Virus record (IMG/VR): IMGVR_UViG_3300027762_000008
Coordinates: 6,792 to 70,791 of that record
Direction: 5' to 3' (one strand)
From: a virus
DNA length: 64,000 nt
Positions 56,258 through 64,000 of the stretch are shown here, piece by piece. The notes beneath the pieces are model-generated. The model saw only the letters and a program-made list of their open reading frames with translations, made no database searches and had not been told where the DNA came from. How positions within the stretch are numbered: position 1 is the first letter of the stretch; every line of letters begins with the position of its first letter. Made by a program: the position numbers and the translations under genes.

Positions 56258-56624
56258 CGCTCGGCACCTCGTAAAATCCGTCTTTATTTGGGACGGCGGG
56301 CCAATAACGGAAACAGTCTCCGAGAACTTCTCGTGCGTGTTCCTCGCTTTCATAAAGGTATGCAGATAGCTCCGTATATCTGTCGTCTTTGAGTAATGCA
56401 GGAGCCATTAATTTTGGCTTCGGAGGCTCTTTCCATTCCCCCACGATGTCGGCATTTCTGTTTACGGCTGTGAGCCCTGTGTCTTTGTCCCAACTTTCAT
56501 GAAGCCACTTATCGTCCTCGTCCTGTACGGCTCCAAGCGCCCATCCCTCGCCGTTGTCCAACATAAATACTTGTGCCTTATAACCGCAGCGAGTCCTGTA
56601 ATACTTTCCTGATTCAAATCTCAT
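56247..56624 (-). CDS. conserved phage hypothetical protein
   Basis: MRFESGKYYRTRCGYKA...DIVGEW pattern. Confidence 0.7.
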   Translation of the reverse strand: MRFESGKYYRTRCGYKAQVFMLDNGEGWALGAVQDEDDKWLHESWDKDTGLTAVNRNADIVGEWKEPPKPKLMAPALLKDDRYTELSAYLYESEEHAREVLGDCFRYWPAVPNKDGFYEVPSDET

Positions 56625-57085
56625 TCTTTCTCTCCTACAATCACACGCTCGTTCGCTTCCTCTCCTTCCACCGGCGTCTTGCCGATGATCCAATAGCCGG
56701 ATGCGGTTACTGTCGCCACTGCATCACCGTTGGATGTGAACACCCAAGGCTCGGCAGATGCTGGCATAGGAGGTATGTACACTGCCCACGGCAATTCCTC
56801 TCCGGCACGATTGCGCCTTGCTAGTTCATCCCAACACTTTCCCCGGTAGCAGAACCACCGTGGATTTCTCGCATATTCCACCATAACCTCGACTGTCTCA
56901 CGGCAGAATGGGCATTCTTTCTTAACGAGCTTCGGTTTCCATTCTCGTAACTCTTGAGCAAGAGCCATGAGGCAGTCAGGGCAAACACGGACCACTCCGT
57001 GCTCACCGCCCGAAGGATCAAACTCGACAACCTTGGCGTGTTTGTCGCAGTAATCGCATTCAAAAAACCCAAATTCATGGCTCAT
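56621..57085 (-). CDS. Cys-rich zinc-binding protein
   Basis: CDYC, CPDC and CPFC motifs. Confidence 0.65.
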   Translation of the reverse strand: MSHEFGFFECDYCDKHAKVVEFDPSGGEHGVVRVCPDCLMALAQELREWKPKLVKKECPFCRETVEVMVEYARNPRWFCYRGKCWDELARRNRAGEELPWAVYIPPMPASAEPWVFTSNGDAVATVTASGYWIIGKTPVEGEEANERVIVGEKE

Positions 57086-57263
57086 CTACTGTCTCCATTT
57101 TCGGTATGTTTTGTTCAAACCAGTTATGATAACATATGAGACAGAAATCAGAGCTGTTGCCGTCCATAGTGAACTTTACGCCATAGCCTTTCGATGATTC
57201 CCACCCGCACTTTGGGCATTTTGTTTTGGCTTCCTTCGGTGGATATATCGTCATTTCTTCCAT
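57075..57263 (-). CDS. small zinc-finger protein
   Basis: Start MEEMTI; CPKC...CLIC. Confidence 0.6.
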   Translation of the reverse strand: MEEMTIYPPKEAKTKCPKCGWESSKGYGVKFTMDGNSSDFCLICYHNWFEQNIPKMETVDEP

Positions 57264-57264
57264 C

Positions 57265-57567
57265 TCATTCCCCTCCCTGATGCAGCATCGCTCGCAATTC
57301 TGGATTCCTAGGAGCAAATCCAACCCACTCGCTTCCGTCGTATGTGATAGGGAAATAGACGTATCTCTTTCCCCAGGCAGTGAACGGACACCCTTCTGCC
57401 CCTCCGAAACCGTCATCGAATACCTGTGCCATCTCGGGAGAATCAATCTCAACAAACCGGAAGTCGTTGGCTACTCCACAATCTTCTCTTCCAACAACAA
57501 TCGCCTCCAGCTCATCTTTGTTTACCCTTACTGCTTCCAGTAATTCATCTTTCCAACAAGTCTTCAT
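57265..57567 (-). CDS. conserved phage hypothetical protein
   Basis: FDDGFGGAEGCPFTAWGKRYVYFPITYDGSEWV...PRNP motif. Confidence 0.75.
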   Translation of the reverse strand: MKTCWKDELLEAVRVNKDELEAIVVGREDCGVANDFRFVEIDSPEMAQVFDDGFGGAEGCPFTAWGKRYVYFPITYDGSEWVGFAPRNPELRAMLHQGGE

Positions 57568-57770
57568 CTTACTTCTCCTCCTCCAATAAAATCTTTCCAC
57601 CGAAACCCAAAAAAGAACTTCATCCAAAACTGATGCCACCGACTCGGCCTCTCTGGAAATGAGATGCGCACATCGTACGGAAATTCCCCAAGCTGGTAGT
57701 ATCCCACGTACTTAGGAGGATTTGCGGCTGTGAAAGTCTCCCGGATTACGTATTGGTTCTCAGTGTCCAT
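57564..57770 (-). CDS. hypothetical protein
   Basis: Start MDTENQ; RPSRWHQFWMKFFFGFRW motif. Confidence 0.65.
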   Translation of the reverse strand: MDTENQYVIRETFTAANPPKYVGYYQLGEFPYDVRISFPERPSRWHQFWMKFFFGFRWKDFIGGGEVR

Positions 57771-57771
57771 C

Positions 57772-58161
57772 TTACTTCTCCTCTTCATTACCTTTTGGGT
57801 TGCACTTCAGTGCCCAGGCAACGCACCCTCCTCGTATGTCGTCATCTACCTCACTAACTGTTCCTTCCTCATACCCTCCCCCCACCGGACATATTACCGA
57901 TGTGTCTGACGGGAGAATGCGAAACAGCCAGATAGGTATGAGAAGATATTCCCCATCCCAGTTACCGAAGCCGAGCGAAAACATCTCTTGCCGGGTAAGC
58001 TTGCTTAAGTCCAAATCCTTGGGGAATGCTTTGCTCATCTGTTCTCTTCGTTTAAAGATGGTTTTCTTGGTGATCTCCTCCGACCATTGGTGGTACGGTT
58101 CCCCCGCTGCCTGTGCGGACCAAACAGCAAACTTCAATAGCTCGTTGAATACTTCTCTCAT
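57772..58161 (-). CDS. conserved phage hypothetical protein
   Basis: LTRQEMFSLGFGNWD...LLIPIWL...DDDIRGGCVAW. Confidence 0.7.
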   Translation of the reverse strand: MREVFNELLKFAVWSAQAAGEPYHQWSEEITKKTIFKRREQMSKAFPKDLDLSKLTRQEMFSLGFGNWDGEYLLIPIWLFRILPSDTSVICPVGGGYEEGTVSEVDDDIRGGCVAWALKCNPKGNEEEK

Positions 58162-58162
58162 C

Positions 58163-58378
58163 TTACTTCCCCTGTGTGATAGCAGCATGGGCTGCGTAGT
58201 CCGGTGCAGATTCGTACCTCTGACACACGCAATCAGGGCCTATCCAGCACCATCCTTCGTGCAAAAGATTTCGTTGTAGTTCGGTCATTTCCCTCTCACA
58301 CATGTATGTCATTCCATTGAACCATACGCACGTACTGCAGGTTTGCACCGGGCGCAGGATGGGTATTTCTGGTGTCAT
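58163..58378 (-). CDS. small Cys-rich protein
   Basis: TCSTCVWF...C...C...C pattern; AGGAG RBS. Confidence 0.6.
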   Translation of the reverse strand: MTPEIPILRPVQTCSTCVWFNGMTYMCEREMTELQRNLLHEGWCWIGPDCVCQRYESAPDYAAHAAITQGK

Positions 58379-58392
58379 CTTGCTGTCTCCTA

Positions 58393-59865
58393 TTAAATGT
58401 TCTCTTCGCTAATGTGGTCTACTACCAATATATCTTCGTCTTTTGGCACATCACTCTCCCGTCCAATTCCAATCCAGTAGCCGGTGTTCCCGTTCCGTTT
58501 TTCGATTTTCATTCCCTTGTCCAGTAGGTGTCTGTCCATCTTGTGGAGCAAAGCCTGAAGTGTGGATCCTGTTGGTTTTGGCCGAAGCCCGTTTATGTAT
58601 AGGCTCTCTAAATCTTTGCGTTTGATGCTGATCTTGGGGTGGAACACCAAGTGATGTGCTTCCAAACAGGAATAGAAACTCTCAAGGTCGCCGGACTCAA
58701 TCTCGTCCCAGTTCATCCTGCTGCTGTCAATCTCATGGCTCCTGCTCACCCGGGCGTATGCTTCCCGAGCCTTGAACAGAAGATGCTTCTTCTCATCAAT
58801 CAGCCCTTGCTCCCAAGGAAGATCAATGCCCACCGAGGAGTCATCCGTCCTTGGAGACAGCTTCACCATGAGAAGCCGGGAGCGTTCGTTCTTGACGCTC
58901 GAAGAGATCTTTGGGTAGTAATTCGACATGATGATAACCTTGGAGTACGCATTCGCCGTGTACATCTTCTTGCCTTTGGGGTTGATTGTGATGTTGTCCC
59001 CGCCTGTGATTTTGTGAATCTCCTCATGCACCACCGCTCCATACATCTTGCTGTCGGAGTCCACGAGAAGTCTCTTGCCGATGCGTCCTTCCGCTCCGTG
59101 GTTGTTGGATAGGGTGGCAGCATCAAACGTCCCACAGGCATTTCCCAACCAAGCAGCAAGGGTTTTAGACACCGAAGTCTTTCCTCCTCCTCCGGCGTCA
59201 CGCACCCAGAGAAGTTGTCGGCCTCTGTCTTGCACACAGAAGACAGACCAAATGAACGCCAGGAATTCGTCCTGCAAATCTACACGGGCAAGGAATTGAT
59301 CCCAACATGGAGTTGGTCCCTCTTCGACTTCCAGTGGAATATAGTGCTGACACGGTTCAGAAGAAGAATTGGAGCAGTAAGGAGCATCGACACCAAACTC
59401 AATTCCGGGGATCATTCTGGCAGAATCGAGTATGTAGCTCAAGGTTTCTTTGAGTCTATTCTTGGTCAGTTTTTTGGACGGGAAGATGTCCATCATTCGC
59501 ATTACAGGCCCATGGATTAAGGGCAGAGAAGTTATCTGAGACTCGAGAGATTCCACATCCGCTGGGAGTCGAATCATCTCGTATGCTTGTTGTGATTTCC
59601 TGACGTACAGAAACCTAGCGGTACTTCCCGGAAGCTGTGGGGACATGCGAATCTGGGGGAAGATTTCTTTCTCGAATATCTGTACGATTTTCTGTTCTGC
59701 CTCCTTCTTCTCGGCTACCTGTTTATCCTTCTCCTTCTCCTTGAGAGTATCACTGAGTTGTTTATACAACACATTCACTTCAGCTCGGGAAGCGGTTTTC
59801 ATTTTTTCAAGGATTTCAGAGATCTCTGGGTCTGTCGAAGACTCTTGACTCGGAGCTTGGGTCAT
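58393..59865 (-). CDS. D5/P4-type SF3 helicase (primase-helicase family); no primase domain recognised
   Basis: Walker A AGGGGKTS, GKRLLVDSD, KITGGDNITINPKGK, IIMSNYYP, and a C-terminal winged-helix-like GYWIGIG. Confidence 0.85.
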   Translation of the reverse strand: MTQAPSQESSTDPEISEILEKMKTASRAEVNVLYKQLSDTLKEKEKDKQVAEKKEAEQKIVQIFEKEIFPQIRMSPQLPGSTARFLYVRKSQQAYEMIRLPADVESLESQITSLPLIHGPVMRMMDIFPSKKLTKNRLKETLSYILDSARMIPGIEFGVDAPYCSNSSSEPCQHYIPLEVEEGPTPCWDQFLARVDLQDEFLAFIWSVFCVQDRGRQLLWVRDAGGGGKTSVSKTLAAWLGNACGTFDAATLSNNHGAEGRIGKRLLVDSDSKMYGAVVHEEIHKITGGDNITINPKGKKMYTANAYSKVIIMSNYYPKISSSVKNERSRLLMVKLSPRTDDSSVGIDLPWEQGLIDEKKHLLFKAREAYARVSRSHEIDSSRMNWDEIESGDLESFYSCLEAHHLVFHPKISIKRKDLESLYINGLRPKPTGSTLQALLHKMDRHLLDKGMKIEKRNGNTGYWIGIGRESDVPKDEDILVVDHISEENI

Positions 59866-60092
59866 GGTACGACCTTCTTATTGGGAGAGGATCGATCCAT
59901 CGCACCACGTTCAGGTCGGTCCTCTCTGTTCACTGCCTCCTTCGTACCTCGCCCCCTTTCTCCCGTCAAGAATCCCGACCCCTGAAATAATAAAAAAATC
60001 TGAAAAAAAGAGAATCGAGAGGAGGGGGAGGGGGGAAATTGCTAGAGTCTGATATAAGATTAGAATGCATTCAAAAATATGTATATACATTA

Positions 60093-60629
60093 TTAGATAG
60101 TGCGATCGGAGGGATTTTTCCGATATTCAGTGAGAAGTCCTGTTGACCATGCGAACCAGAAAGCTATCATTGCTGCGTCTATCTCTCCGTCTTTGCGCAG
60201 TTTCCCATCTGGATACACGATGTTATAGCATTCCATCGTCTTTGCTTTGCTGTCACCAGAGTCTTTTGATTTTCTGCACAGGCTGTGAATCACCCGAGTC
60301 CAGGTGGAAGGGTATACCAAGGCAATACCTATACCTTGGAGTTGGAGACAGGCATGGACTATACCCCAGTTGATACCCACAGTCCCGACAGAGCCAGCAG
60401 CATTGCCTCCCAGGAACAGGGGTTGCTCGAGCACAGCTATGTCAGGGTTCAGTCTTTGGAGAAGAGAGGATAGGGAAATGGGATCGACTCGGCTATGCCC
60501 ATCCTTGGTTACGATAGGCATTCGTATGGCCTCGGAAACGTGTCCTGAGACTAAGAGGACAAGAGCCCCTTTGATGCCCGGGTCTATGCCTAGGATGCGG
60601 CGGGGGTTTCCACACAGACGGGCTGGGCT
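60093..60629 (-). CDS. ruvC: RuvC-like Holliday junction resolvase; 5' end lacks a canonical start and is probably reached by frameshift
   Basis: In-frame ILGIDPGIKGAL (60596-60561) lies upstream of the first ATG (60521); then AVLEQP, VYPSTW and KDGEIDAAMIA. Confidence 0.85.
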   Translation of the reverse strand, partial: SPARLCGNPRRILGIDPGIKGALVLLVSGHVSEAIRMPIVTKDGHSRVDPISLSSLLQRLNPDIAVLEQPLFLGGNAAGSVGTVGINWGIVHACLQLQGIGIALVYPSTWTRVIHSLCRKSKDSGDSKAKTMECYNIVYPDGKLRKDGEIDAAMIAFWFAWSTGLLTEYRKNPSDRTI

Positions 60630-60787
60630 TTTTTTGGCGGGAGGGTTTTCTCCAATGCCTCAATTCGTTTCTCGAGCCTCAGGATGGCGTCTTCCCACTT
60701 GGGGGCTGTCTCGATAGGCTCGACCAGCAAATCTTCAACCACGGCTTCCTTTGCCACTACTGTGGGGGTCTTCTTGGGTCTTCCCAT
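60590..60787 (-). CDS. 65-aa protein (GRPKK motif plus short coiled coil), probable frameshift leader of ruvC
   Basis: GGAGG RBS; MGRPKK...RLEKRIEALEK; contains A-AAA-AAA in frame. Confidence 0.7.
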   Translation of the reverse strand: MGRPKKTPTVVAKEAVVEDLLVEPIETAPKWEDAILRLEKRIEALEKTLPPKKAQPVCVETPAAS

Positions 60788-60788
60788 G

Positions 60789-61175
60789 TCACTGCGCCTC
60801 CGGGGATGCTATCCCCTGCTCTGAAAGGTTCTTCTGTCTCTGCCTCAGGATCTCCTTGCGAAGCTGGGGAGAGTCTCCGTCATGCAATACCTTGCCAGCG
60901 TAATGCCTTCTCTGTTCCTCGGAGAAGGTACCTATGCCTTTGTCCTCTGCCAAGCCTATCTCAATGGCACAGGTGGGATCTTCCAAAGCGGTAAACTTCT
61001 TCCTGAATCCCTTGCTGTCTGTGAGTTCGTTGCAGTCGGACATGTAATTGAGCTGCGACCAAAACTCGTAGGTGATCTCCATGGGAGTCCCACAGCAATC
61101 ACCAGGGTGAGCCGTCTGATCCATCGCCACACGTTTGCATGTGCTGCACTTGTAGTCATGTGTTACCATTACCAT
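60789..61175 (-). CDS. FmdB-like zinc-ribbon protein
   Basis: HDYKCSTC...CCGTPM. Confidence 0.7.
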   Translation of the reverse strand: MVMVTHDYKCSTCKRVAMDQTAHPGDCCGTPMEITYEFWSQLNYMSDCNELTDSKGFRKKFTALEDPTCAIEIGLAEDKGIGTFSEEQRRHYAGKVLHDGDSPQLRKEILRQRQKNLSEQGIASPEAQ

Positions 61176-61176
61176 A

Positions 61177-61581
61177 TCACGGCCCCTTACACCAATCAGT
61201 TACGGCCTTTGTGCCCCCATCGTAGGGCACAGCCAGTTTATTTTTCAACAGTTCAGTGGCCACGTCAAGCTTCCCGATGCGTACTCCGGCATCGATTCGA
61301 AAGTATTTATCCCGGCTTGGCTCAACCAAATCCACCTTTTGATTGAGCACCAAGGTGGTCACTAACCCCTTGGCAAGCTCGGCCTTGTGAGCCTCACAAG
61401 GGTTATCTGAATACATCTCTGGAGCATCGATACCCCGTATACGAACCGGCATATCCTTTCCGAACAGAGGATGCACCGACAGAATGTTTACCGTAATAGT
61501 GTCTCCATCGTACACCTTTGTCACTTCCACACAGGGAAAGAGCCCCAGTCTAAGGGCGCACACCACCCATAGTTTGGTCAT
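61177..61581 (-). CDS. thermonuclease (staphylococcal nuclease family)
   Basis: VYDGDTI, VRIRGIDAPE, RDKYFRI, LAVPYDGG; start MTKLWV. Confidence 0.92.
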   Translation of the reverse strand: MTKLWVVCALRLGLFPCVEVTKVYDGDTITVNILSVHPLFGKDMPVRIRGIDAPEMYSDNPCEAHKAELAKGLVTTLVLNQKVDLVEPSRDKYFRIDAGVRIGKLDVATELLKNKLAVPYDGGTKAVTDWCKGP

Positions 61582-61760
61582 CTCTCCTCCCCGAAAGGAA
61601 TAGTCTCGGCGCAAGTATCCACCCGGTCTTCAAACGAGCGGTCAGGATACTCAGCAAGGGCTTCGTAGGCACACACGTGCAGGTCAACCATACACTGAGA
61701 CACTGCTGCCGGTTCCTGCAGGAAGGCACAATATACAAACAGCAGCTCTAAGACCGACAT
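61578..61760 (-). CDS. small Cys-containing hypothetical protein
   Basis: GGAGG RBS; ATGA-coupled to the nuclease gene. Confidence 0.55.
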   Translation of the reverse strand: MSVLELLFVYCAFLQEPAAVSQCMVDLHVCAYEALAEYPDRSFEDRVDTCAETIPFGEER

Positions 61761-61987
61761 GAGAAACCTCCACCGAACTTGCGTTTGCTGCCGCTCTTGA
61801 GAATCAGTTCCATAAGATCTGGCCTGTTGGTTTTAATCCACCTACGCAGCGTTTGGTCTGAACCGATACCGAGACTACGCATTATCTGGTTGATGCTCTT
61901 CCCGTCCAGCGCCATTGCTTCTATCTTCTTCTCGTTCTGTGCTATGAATTCTGGCGTCGTTCGGGATCTCTTGCTTGTCACGTGCAT
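61748..61987 (-). CDS. HTH protein
   Basis: GKSINQIMRSLGIGSDQTLRRWI. Confidence 0.6.
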   Translation of the reverse strand: MHVTSKRSRTTPEFIAQNEKKIEAMALDGKSINQIMRSLGIGSDQTLRRWIKTNRPDLMELILKSGSKRKFGGGFSCRS

Positions 61988-62540
61988 AGAGTCGCCTAGA
62001 TATAATCTCGGTAAATTCACGTTTGCTCTCTCCTTTCATCTTCTCACAAATTCCTGGAGCCTCTTGGTTCCACTTATTTACGGCATCTTCCAACGTCTGG
62101 ACATACTCTTTTGGTTGCCCGAACAGCACACAGAATACCTTCTTCCTAAGCTTAGGCTTCGAGATCATCTTCTCCAACACATCATAGTAACCACGGTACC
62201 GATAGCTCTGCAGCGCAGCATACACGTGGCCAAAGGTGATGGGGATTTCAAACACCAGCTCCTCAAGCCTTCGGTACTTGAAGATGGCCTTGACCAGCTC
62301 GAGCATTCTCTCCTTCTCCGTTGAGGGAAGGGTGCGAATCACCGGGCGGTCGAGGCCGTTGTACTCAATGTAAATCGGGCAGGGCGAGGTAAAGATTTCA
62401 GCGGGAGCTCTCGTCTTCCCTGTCTTGCTCGCCTTGGTTTTGAACAGGCTCCACTTGTTCTCCCCTGTCTGCCTGACTTCCAAGGTGACCATTCGTTTGT
62501 CGGCACCGAAGTACCGAACCATGGTGGGATATGGGTTCAT
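61875..62540 (-). CDS. hypothetical protein
   Basis: 221-aa ORF, ATGA-coupled to the upstream gene. Confidence 0.65.
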   Translation of the reverse strand: MNPYPTMVRYFGADKRMVTLEVRQTGENKWSLFKTKASKTGKTRAPAEIFTSPCPIYIEYNGLDRPVIRTLPSTEKERMLELVKAIFKYRRLEELVFEIPITFGHVYAALQSYRYRGYYDVLEKMISKPKLRKKVFCVLFGQPKEYVQTLEDAVNKWNQEAPGICEKMKGESKREFTEIISRRLYARDKQEIPNDARIHSTEREEDRSNGAGREEHQPDNA

Positions 62541-63262
62541 TGTTTCTCCGGCGGCAGCACAAGGTCAGCGATTGTCTTCAGGTCGTGTACGTCCTGCTTC
62601 TCTGCCAAGTGACACAGGGGATCGTAAGGACACGCCAAGCAAGGGGACTTCTTCGGGGTGTCGAGTCCCTTCGGCCTGTCCGGGAGTTGGTTCCGGTTGA
62701 AATACCCAAAGAGCTCTTGGATGCCATCCACCACAGGAACCGGGGAATAGGAGGTCAGTCCCATGTTGACGGACACCTTCTCATTCTTCGTGCTCACAAA
62801 GAAGGGACGATAGAAGGGCTTGAGGGTCTGGCTGAAGTAGTACAGCGTCTTCGGCTGCACGTAGTGGATGTGGCACACCTTGCCTTGGTGAAGCTGCGAA
62901 TACCACCCGGCAATGAGAACGTCCTCGGCATTCGGCTGCTGCCGGGCGTTCAAGTTATGGGCAGCGGATGCGGACAACACCGGAACCGCAACCACCGGGA
63001 GTCCTCGGGCGTCGGTGGGAACAATGGCCACCCACGTCCCGGTGGTGGTCTGCTCAATGATGGTACGCTCTCCCACCGAGAATACCTTGGCGGCAGCGTC
63101 AATCATCGCTTCCATCACGGCGTCGATCATCTTGAGTCCCCTCTGGTGATGGATGCCTGTCTTCTTGTACAGCACATACCGAGGGCACCTGCGAGGGCTG
63201 TCACACCTGAACGTCTTGTCATCCTTGAAATAAAATGCGAGGTCGAAAACCTTAACTTCCAT
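62537..63262 (-). CDS. Cas4-like Fe-S protein, apparently lacking the nuclease motif
   Basis: N-terminal CPRYVLY and C-terminal PCLACPYDPLC (1+3 Cys staple); no (D/E)xK motif at the expected position; AGGAG RBS. Confidence 0.65.
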   Translation of the reverse strand: MEVKVFDLAFYFKDDKTFRCDSPRRCPRYVLYKKTGIHHQRGLKMIDAVMEAMIDAAAKVFSVGERTIIEQTTTGTWVAIVPTDARGLPVVAVPVLSASAAHNLNARQQPNAEDVLIAGWYSQLHQGKVCHIHYVQPKTLYYFSQTLKPFYRPFFVSTKNEKVSVNMGLTSYSPVPVVDGIQELFGYFNRNQLPDRPKGLDTPKKSPCLACPYDPLCHLAEKQDVHDLKTIADLVLPPEKQ

Positions 63263-63289
63263 GCTGTCTCCTTCTACTGTGGTTGTCTG

Positions 63290-63318
63290 TTGACTCTACA
63301 CTATTTGGTTGCTACACT
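63290..63318 (+). promoter_or_regulatory. sigma70-like promoter
   Basis: TTGACT-17 nt-TACACT, about 30 nt upstream of ATG 63348. Confidence 0.65.
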
Positions 63319-63347
63319 TCAAGTATTCATTCGAGAAAGGGTAAAAC

Positions 63348-63899
63348 ATGAAATTTTCCGAGTACTTAGATTCCGTCACCAGAACAGCAAATGGCGAGCT
63401 CTCCCTGGAATTGCAGGTTCTTAACGCCTCTTTGTCCTTCTTTGAAGAAACCGGCGAGGTCATCTCGCATTACAAAAAGCACATGTTTCACGGGCATCCC
63501 CTCTCCTCACCCAAAGTCGAATCTGAGTTAGGGGATGTCCTTTTCTACCTCTCGTGGCTCTTCCTCTGCGCCAACGAGGGCAACAGCTTGGACGAGTCCT
63601 CCCTGGAAATGACGTTCCACTGGGACATCCTCCCGTCTGAAGACATTGAGGTTGTCCCGGCCATTGCCTCTCTCGCCACCGTTGCCAACAAGAACCTGCA
63701 GAACGTGGTACAGCATGGGCTTCTGGAGCGCACTGCCTTCTATCCCGGGTTCCGGTATCTCGCAGCCTTGGCCAAGTTCCATAACCGCAAGCTCTCGGAC
63801 ATTGCCGCAGCCAACAGCGAGAAGTTGAAGATCCGATACCCCGAGTCCTTTACCGCCGAAGCCAGTATTGCGAGGGTGGACGTTGAAAGTCCGGTATGA
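63348..63899 (+). CDS. MazG-like nucleoside triphosphate pyrophosphohydrolase
   Basis: EETGEV...KKHMFHGH...SELGDVLFYL...NSEKLKIRYP. Confidence 0.88.
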   Translation: MKFSEYLDSVTRTANGELSLELQVLNASLSFFEETGEVISHYKKHMFHGHPLSSPKVESELGDVLFYLSWLFLCANEGNSLDESSLEMTFHWDILPSEDIEVVPAIASLATVANKNLQNVVQHGLLERTAFYPGFRYLAALAKFHNRKLSDIAAANSEKLKIRYPESFTAEASIARVDVESPV

Positions 63900-64000
63900 G
63901 GCTCGCTCAAAGGGCAACAACTGGGAGAAAGCCATCCACCGCTTCTGTGTGCTGCATGGCTGCTCCGCTGCGTATGCCAACGCCGTTGTCCCTGTTGTAG
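63883..64000 (+). CDS. 5' part of a possible Hjc-type PD-(D/E)XK nuclease; runs off the window end
   Basis: TTG start with GAGG RBS; MKVRYEARSKGNNWEKAI resembles the KGxxxE N-terminal helix of Hjc-like resolvases. Confidence 0.4.
   Translation, partial: MKVRYEARSKGNNWEKAIHRFCVLHGCSAAYANAVVPVV

Larger units (their letters stand above)
54848..58173 (-). repeat. recurring 15-18 bp gene-junction repeats (consensus GAGG-N4-G-AGC/TAA-GATG)
   Basis: GAGCGATGA type at 54848, 55020, 55381, 55775, 56049 and 56254; GAAGTAAGATG type at 57565, 57768 and 58159. Confidence 0.85.

Noticed and set aside
1-64000. tRNA/rRNA genes or an alternative genetic code
   Set aside because: No cloverleaf was seen in the few intergenic gaps. 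Long genes are intact in the standard code and all three stop codons are used.

Overview
The whole window looks like a stretch of a tailed dsDNA bacteriophage genome (Caudoviricetes) with podovirus-like organisation: no tape-measure or sheath gene is recognisable, and there is a large block of putative ejection proteins. No host genes, rRNA, tRNA, CRISPR array or integrase were recognised. Layout: (i) a truncated PAPS-reductase-like gene and a ~1 kb structured non-coding region (354-1322); (ii) small regulators (XRE HTH, Fis-like HTH plus Zn ribbon); (iii) a leftward operon with a TerS-like gene, a 1526-aa tail fibre/spike, a lipoprotein and two separate cell-wall hydrolases (GH73 and Amidase_3); (iv) a rightward morphogenesis operon (TerL, portal, scaffold, major capsid, HNH-AP2 endonuclease, adaptor, nozzle, ejection proteins); (v) a leftward replication arm (SNF2-type helicase, Cas4/PD-(D/E)XK nuclease, SSB, PolA, an array of small genes, D5-like helicase, RuvC-like resolvase, thermonuclease, a second Cas4-like protein); (vi) a MazG-like gene. 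The most notable observations are: a symmetric 142-bp element built from four 15-bp palindromes; six conserved in-frame DNA repeats that divide the tail fibre into modules; a small-gene array joined by a recurring RBS/start junction repeat; and a RuvC gene whose catalytic N-terminus has no canonical start codon and appears to need a -1 frameshift. All functional calls come from motifs recognised by eye; no database search was run.
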